From contig JBAYHK010000003.1 of NCBI GenBank assembly GCA_041666145.1, positions 6,277 through 70,276 on the forward strand: a stretch of 64,000 nt of DNA, in the 5' to 3' direction. The DNA comes from Patescibacteria group bacterium. Lineage in GTDB: Bacteria > Patescibacteriota > Patescibacteriia > UBA9934. The notes beneath the pieces were generated by a model. That model did not search any database. It saw only the letters and a program-made list of their open reading frames with translations, and was not told the origin of the DNA. The translations under genes and the position numbers were made by a program. Positions 57,401 through 64,000 of this stretch are shown here, piece by piece. The first letter of the stretch is position 1. The number at the start of each line of letters is the position of its first letter.

Positions 57401-59166
57401 AACGCAATTGCAAGGGTAATAATGATAATGAACAACATAAACACGATCGATAATGGAACGGAGTGTATTGATCTATTTTCTTGCCAAGTTTTCACACGAT
57501 TTACACCAACAAAAATAGGAGCGGCAATTCGCATTGAAACAGCCCTTTGTATTCCTCGATAAAAAATGGCAAGACGCGATTCTTTTTCTTCTCTAGATGC
57601 CTCAATATCCTCTTCGAATATCACGCCTGCTTCAGATTGATGATTTTTATCTCGGAATACCCAAACCAAAATGCTTGCAAGCACAACACCAAAAACAAGA
57701 ACAATAATTCGAACGACTCCGTCTCCTGCTAATAAGGCTGCACGCCAAGAATCAACTTCCATAGCTAACGGAGTCGCACCAATCCTATAAAGTCCAGCTG
57801 GCACAAGAAATGCTCCGATTGTACTTATTGCAGTTAAGACCATAACTCCGAAAGGTATTTGTTCTGCCTGTTGAACAGAAGTAAGAGAAGCAAATTCCTT
57901 ACGCAATTGAGAAACCTCTCGTATCCCTCTTCGAAATAAGGAGCCAAACATCACAAAAAAACCTATTAAAATATAGGCAGCAAATCCACGAGACAAACTT
58001 GAGAGATTACCGATAATCGCAGAACCAATCATCCATTGGCTACAAAAAAGAATGGAAGGTGGAAGTCCTAAAGCGGCAAGCACTTGAAGCAGCCTAATTC
58101 CCCTCCCTGACGAATCGATTCCTAAAATGAATGGAAATATTTCCCGAACTGTTTCAATAATTACAACGCCCGCAACATTCAAAAGCGTTGCAAAAAGCGC
58201 GATATTCATTGCCTCATAGGCACCTACAGATTGAAAAAGAATCGCAACGCTCATCATGAAGACCGTTGTTCCTGCTCCAAAAATAAATCCGACAATTGGA
58301 TTCTTTTTCCTTGTTATTACAATCATTGTCAATATTCCAATAAAACCGAGAGGAATAGAAAACCACGAAGAAAGAGGCGGGAGTATGAAGAGAACCTGTC
58401 TAAGAACGACGTACATCGAAATAGTAAAAAACATCATCTGAACAAAAACTCTACTTCCAGCATCTTCAAGAACAGGAAGAGACAAGGATGTAAAGCGATG
58501 GAATGGCCACAAGTCCATAAAAAGAACTGTTCCGAATGTGAACAGTCCAAATGCAACTGCTAGGCGCATCGTGTCGATCTCTGCTGCAATATATGACAGC
58601 GTAGAAAAGTCATTAAATAATGCTCCGGAAGAAAGAATAAATAGTCCGGAAATGATACTTATTGCCCCTACATATTTTGTAATAAACAATCGTCCTATAG
58701 CCCCTGCGGTTATTTCTGTTGTGCTGATGGCCATAAAAAACGTCGCACCTCCAACCATAAGTAGCAATGCCGCAGCTAACCCAATAATATTTCCCGCAAA
58801 TAAAGTCCAAGTCGCTCCAATAATGGCCACAGAAAGTGCAAATGTTCTCTCTATCAATTGTGAAGTTTTACGCTTCGAATACCACATCAACGAAATTGCA
58901 AAAATCACAATGCTCATTGGTAACAAAAACATTGCAGAAAACTTATCAAACGTTGCTGTCATTCCAAAAAAGAGATTTGTTGAAACTACATACGGCTCTT
59001 CAGAAAGTAGACCGTAAATTCCTGCCGCAGCTCCGGCCAACCCTGTTAAAACAAAAAAAGCTGAACTAATAAATGTGGCTCGTTCCTTCTGAAAAAGAAC
59101 GGAAGTGACACAGGAAATAACAGGACCCAATACCAGAACCATTAAGCACCATTCCCAAGGCGTCAT
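57397..59166 (-). CDS. HyfB/NuoL-like antiporter-type membrane subunit, degenerate
   Basis: FDKFSAMFLL, AFGLFTFG....LWPFH, ALFATL, AALGLPP...F.SQW resemble HyfB; about 16 TM. Confidence 0.65.
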   Translation of the reverse strand: MTPWEWCLMVLVLGPVISCVTSVLFQKERATFISSAFFVLTGLAGAAAGIYGLLSEEPYVVSTNLFFGMTATFDKFSAMFLLPMSIVIFAISLMWYSKRKTSQLIERTFALSVAIIGATWTLFAGNIIGLAAALLLMVGGATFFMAISTTEITAGAIGRLFITKYVGAISIISGLFILSSGALFNDFSTLSYIAAEIDTMRLAVAFGLFTFGTVLFMDLWPFHRFTSLSLPVLEDAGSRVFVQMMFFTISMYVVLRQVLFILPPLSSWFSIPLGFIGILTMIVITRKKNPIVGFIFGAGTTVFMMSVAILFQSVGAYEAMNIALFATLLNVAGVVIIETVREIFPFILGIDSSGRGIRLLQVLAALGLPPSILFCSQWMIGSAIIGNLSSLSRGFAAYILIGFFVMFGSLFRRGIREVSQLRKEFASLTSVQQAEQIPFGVMVLTAISTIGAFLVPAGLYRIGATPLAMEVDSWRAALLAGDGVVRIIVLVFGVVLASILVWVFRDKNHQSEAGVIFEEDIEASREEKESRLAIFYRGIQRAVSMRIAAPIFVGVNRVKTWQENRSIHSVPLSIVFMLFIIIITLAIAL

Positions 59167-59195
59167 AACACAAATCGCTAGGATTCAATGGGCAA

Positions 59196-59224
59196 AGTGT
59201 AGGCCCTTCACCCTTTCAATCCAA
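59196..59224 (-). promoter_or_regulatory. Putative promoter of the hyfB-like gene
   Basis: TTGGAT-17 nt-TACACT on the - strand, about 30 nt upstream of ATG 59166. Confidence 0.45.
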
Positions 59225-59329
59225 GTTTTTGTGTGGAGAAGTTCTGCTCCGATTTTGAAAAAAATTTAACTGCAAGTGTCGCAAAACGCTGCTTTTCTAC
59301 ATGTTCCAAAAACAATAAATTCATTCAAC

Positions 59330-59355
59330 AAAAGTGAGCCTTCTGGCTCACTTTT
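59330..59355 (-). terminator. Terminator of the atp operon
   Basis: aaaagtgagcc-ttct-ggctcactttt, 21 nt past the atpC stop. Confidence 0.82.
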
Positions 59356-59376
59356 AATCCCTAATCCTGACGAAGC

Positions 59377-59823
59377 CTAATCCTGACTCATTCTCGCTCT
59401 TCCCTTCCCCTTCTTCATTGCTACTCGGTATCGCGCAAGTTCTCGTTCCAAATGTGCTGCAGCATCAGCATAAGAAACATCATTCTTATTTCGCATTGCC
59501 TTTATTGCCTCTTGTGCTCGCGCTTTTGCAGCTTCTATTGCAGCAAGCTCTAATTCATCAATACGTTCAGCGGTGTCCGCCAAAACAACCACAGTACCGT
59601 CCTGACGTACTTCAAACATGCCAGTCGACGTTGCCAAAAGTTCCTCGGTGCCGTTATGTTTTACTCGCATTTCTCCGGCCTTCAAAAGCGCCAAAAGTGG
59701 AGCATGGTGCGGCAATACTGTTATTTCCCCCATTCCTGTCATAACCGAAATACTATCCGCATCACCTTCGTATACGATTCGTTCAGGAGTAGCGACCGTG
59801 TAATGAAGTTTTACATCTGACAT
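59377..59823 (-). CDS. atpC: ATP synthase epsilon subunit
   Basis: VATPERIVY, GEITVLPHHAPL, VLADTAE. Confidence 0.96.
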   Translation of the reverse strand: MSDVKLHYTVATPERIVYEGDADSISVMTGMGEITVLPHHAPLLALLKAGEMRVKHNGTEELLATSTGMFEVRQDGTVVVLADTAERIDELELAAIEAAKARAQEAIKAMRNKNDVSYADAAAHLERELARYRVAMKKGKGRARMSQD

Positions 59824-59841
59824 AGATCGAAAATAAAACTT

Positions 59842-62074
<2,233 letters not shown>

Positions 62075-62075
62075 A

Positions 62076-63584
62076 TTATGCCGAGAAAGTAGAAAGGAAA
62101 TCTTTCAACGTATTTTCAAGTCTAACCTTCAATTCACTAGAAACATCACGAGTCTCAGTAATTGTATTGAGAATTTCCGCACCAGAAGCATGCATGTATC
62201 GCAGACACTCTTCTTCGAACTTTCCGATTGATGTGATTGGCAGTGCATCAAGCATCCCTGCATTAAGCGCATAAATTACAATCGCCTGCTCTGCAAAATT
62301 CATTGGTGAATATTGTTTCTGCTTCATGAGCTCCATAGCACGTCGGCCACGTTCAATCTGCTTTTTCGTTGCGTCATCAAGATCAGTCGCGAATTGCGCG
62401 AATGCCTCAAGCTCTCGAAATTGTGCAAGGTCAACTTTTAACGTCTTCGCCACATTCTTCATTGCTTTCGTTTGCGCAGCAGACCCAACACGAGACACAG
62501 AAAGACCAACGTTCAATGCCGGGCGTTGCCCACGATAAAACAAATCTGTTTCAAGATAGATCTGCCCGTCCGTAATCGAAATCACATTCGTTGGAATATA
62601 TGCAGACACATCACCACCCTGAGTTTCAATAATCGGCAATGCAGTGATCGATCCTCCGCCATGTTCTTCGCTCAATCGAGCTGAACGCTCAAGCAATCGT
62701 GAATGCAGATAAAAAACATCTCCAGGATATGCCTCACGTCCTGGTGGGCGACGAAGCAAGAGAGAAATCTCACGATAAGCCCAGGCGTGCTTACTCAAAT
62801 CGTCATAGACAATAAGCACATCTTCACCCTTCCCCATAAAATATTCAGCAACTGCGCATCCTGCATAAGGAGCTAAATATTGCATAGCTGCGCTATCAGA
62901 CGCTCCAGCAAGAACAATCGTGGTGTATTCCATAGCTCCAGCTGCCTCTAACCGAGCACGAATCTGAGCAATCTTCGATTCTTTCTGACCAATGGCAACA
63001 TAAATACATTTCACGTTCTCGCCTTTCTGATTCAAAATCGTGTCAATTGCAATCGCTGTCTTTCCAGTCTGACGATCTCCAATAATAAGTTCGCGCTGCC
63101 CACGACCGATTGGAATAAGTGCATCAATCGCCTTAATTCCTGTATGCATCGGAACTGAAACAGATTTACGAGACATTACCCCAGGAGCAATCTTTTCCAC
63201 TGGTGCCATAGTCTTTTGGGACAATGCACCTTTTCCGTCAAGAGCGACTCCGAGTGGATCAACAATCCTTCCAATGATTCCATCTCCAACCGGAATAGAA
63301 AGAATACGGCCCGTTGACCGTGCAGTGTCTCCAGCCTTCACACCCATGGCATCACCCAAAATAATGACTCCGACCGTTTCTTCTTCAAGGTTAAGCACCA
63401 CACCAAAAACACCATTACCAAAGTCAATCATTTCTTGACTCATGATATTTCCAAGTCCAGAAAGACGAGCAACGTTATCTGAAACGCTCATAACAGTTCC
63501 AACACGTTCCTCATGAGCCTCAGCCTTAAATGCATCAATACTTTCACGAAGGATGGTAATAATATCGGCTTTTTTTGTGGTCAT
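62076..63584 (-). CDS. atpA: ATP synthase alpha subunit
   Basis: GDRQTGKT, RRPPGREAYPGDVFYLHSRLLER; ATG at 63584. Confidence 0.99.
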   Translation of the reverse strand: MTTKKADIITILRESIDAFKAEAHEERVGTVMSVSDNVARLSGLGNIMSQEMIDFGNGVFGVVLNLEEETVGVIILGDAMGVKAGDTARSTGRILSIPVGDGIIGRIVDPLGVALDGKGALSQKTMAPVEKIAPGVMSRKSVSVPMHTGIKAIDALIPIGRGQRELIIGDRQTGKTAIAIDTILNQKGENVKCIYVAIGQKESKIAQIRARLEAAGAMEYTTIVLAGASDSAAMQYLAPYAGCAVAEYFMGKGEDVLIVYDDLSKHAWAYREISLLLRRPPGREAYPGDVFYLHSRLLERSARLSEEHGGGSITALPIIETQGGDVSAYIPTNVISITDGQIYLETDLFYRGQRPALNVGLSVSRVGSAAQTKAMKNVAKTLKVDLAQFRELEAFAQFATDLDDATKKQIERGRRAMELMKQKQYSPMNFAEQAIVIYALNAGMLDALPITSIGKFEEECLRYMHASGAEILNTITETRDVSSELKVRLENTLKDFLSTFSA

Positions 63585-63592
63585 ATATTTCT

Positions 63593-63985
63593 CTACAAAC
63601 TTTTCTCTAAACATTGTTTTAGTCGCTGTAACGTTCCGGCGACTGACGCATCAATACGTCGATCATCAATTCGGATTACTGCTCCACCCATAAGACGTTC
63701 ATCGACCCGTTCAACGATATCTGCTCCTGGCGTTGCTTCTTCAATACTTTTTCGAAGACTTGGAGCAAGAGCATGAGCGGAAACGATAGTGACATTCGCT
63801 GCGCCAAATTTTCTCTTCCAAGCCCCATGAATCTCGTGCTCAATCTCTCGCCAGCGGCAAATCCAACCACGATGCGCAAGTTCTTCAACGAAACTTTTCA
63901 TGGTCTTTACCAATTCAGACCGTGGAAGTCCTGCGCATTCCTTCACGAGAAGATCGGCAAGCTGTCTATTCGTAAATCCAGCCAT
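63593..63985 (-). CDS. atpH: ATP synthase delta subunit (short)
   Basis: VTIVSAHAL, VDERLMGGAVIRIDDRRIDASV; upstream of atpA. Confidence 0.9.
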   Translation of the reverse strand: MAGFTNRQLADLLVKECAGLPRSELVKTMKSFVEELAHRGWICRWREIEHEIHGAWKRKFGAANVTIVSAHALAPSLRKSIEEATPGADIVERVDERLMGGAVIRIDDRRIDASVAGTLQRLKQCLEKSL

Positions 63986-63986
63986 A

Positions 63987-64000
63987 TTACGTCATTTTGC
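63987..64000 (-). CDS. Probable 3' tip of atpF (...KMT*), cut by the window edge
   Basis: TAA 1 nt before the atpH ATG; identity inferred from operon order only. Confidence 0.35.

Noticed and set aside
55297-59166. Calling the trio a canonical Mrp antiporter, complex I or plain pseudogenes
   Set aside because: No MrpB/C/E/F/G or other Nuo subunits are present, order and motifs fit HyfB/C/F, and all three frames are uninterrupted

Overview
This 64 kb window is mostly core chromosome from a small-genome bacterium, most likely Patescibacteria/CPR (Uhrbacteria-like). That assignment is inferred from the short AlaRS, a GAGC lipobox, starts without Shine-Dalgarno motifs and CPR-type surface repeats. 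The genetic code is the standard code 11. The left part (mostly + strand) holds mutY, era, rlmD, a TrmH-family methyltransferase, tRNA-Arg(CCG), tandem GT2s, pduL, murJ, a MacAB-type exporter, alaS, the infA-rpmJ-rpsMKD-rpoA-rplQ-rplM-rpsI operon, a Wzx/GT/ligase glycan cluster, fmt-def-priA, ppa, clpB (with CIRCE), gltX and an M23 peptidase. Every gene right of 41.2 kb is on the - strand: ftsQ-like, alr, serS, lysS, greA, mrdA-mreDCB, dciA, a UvrD-nuclease fusion, three Hyf/Ehr-like membrane subunits and atpCDGAH. Gene orientation and GC skew flip at about 41 kb around a dif-like 28-mer, the probable replication terminus. The most unusual element is an intact hyfB-hyfC-hyfF-like trio with no hyfE and no adjacent soluble hydrogenase subunits. 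Its proton-pathway Glu/Lys/His residues are replaced and the HyfC docking loops are deleted, so it is a candidate repurposed, proton-dead membrane complex. Other oddities are RpoA without its alpha-CTD, a helicase-dead PriA, twin operator-like palindromes, several palindromic mini-elements and self-contained orphan gene cassettes. I saw no CRISPR array, rRNA, prophage or transposase. All family calls and consensus comparisons were made by eye from remembered motifs; no searches were run.
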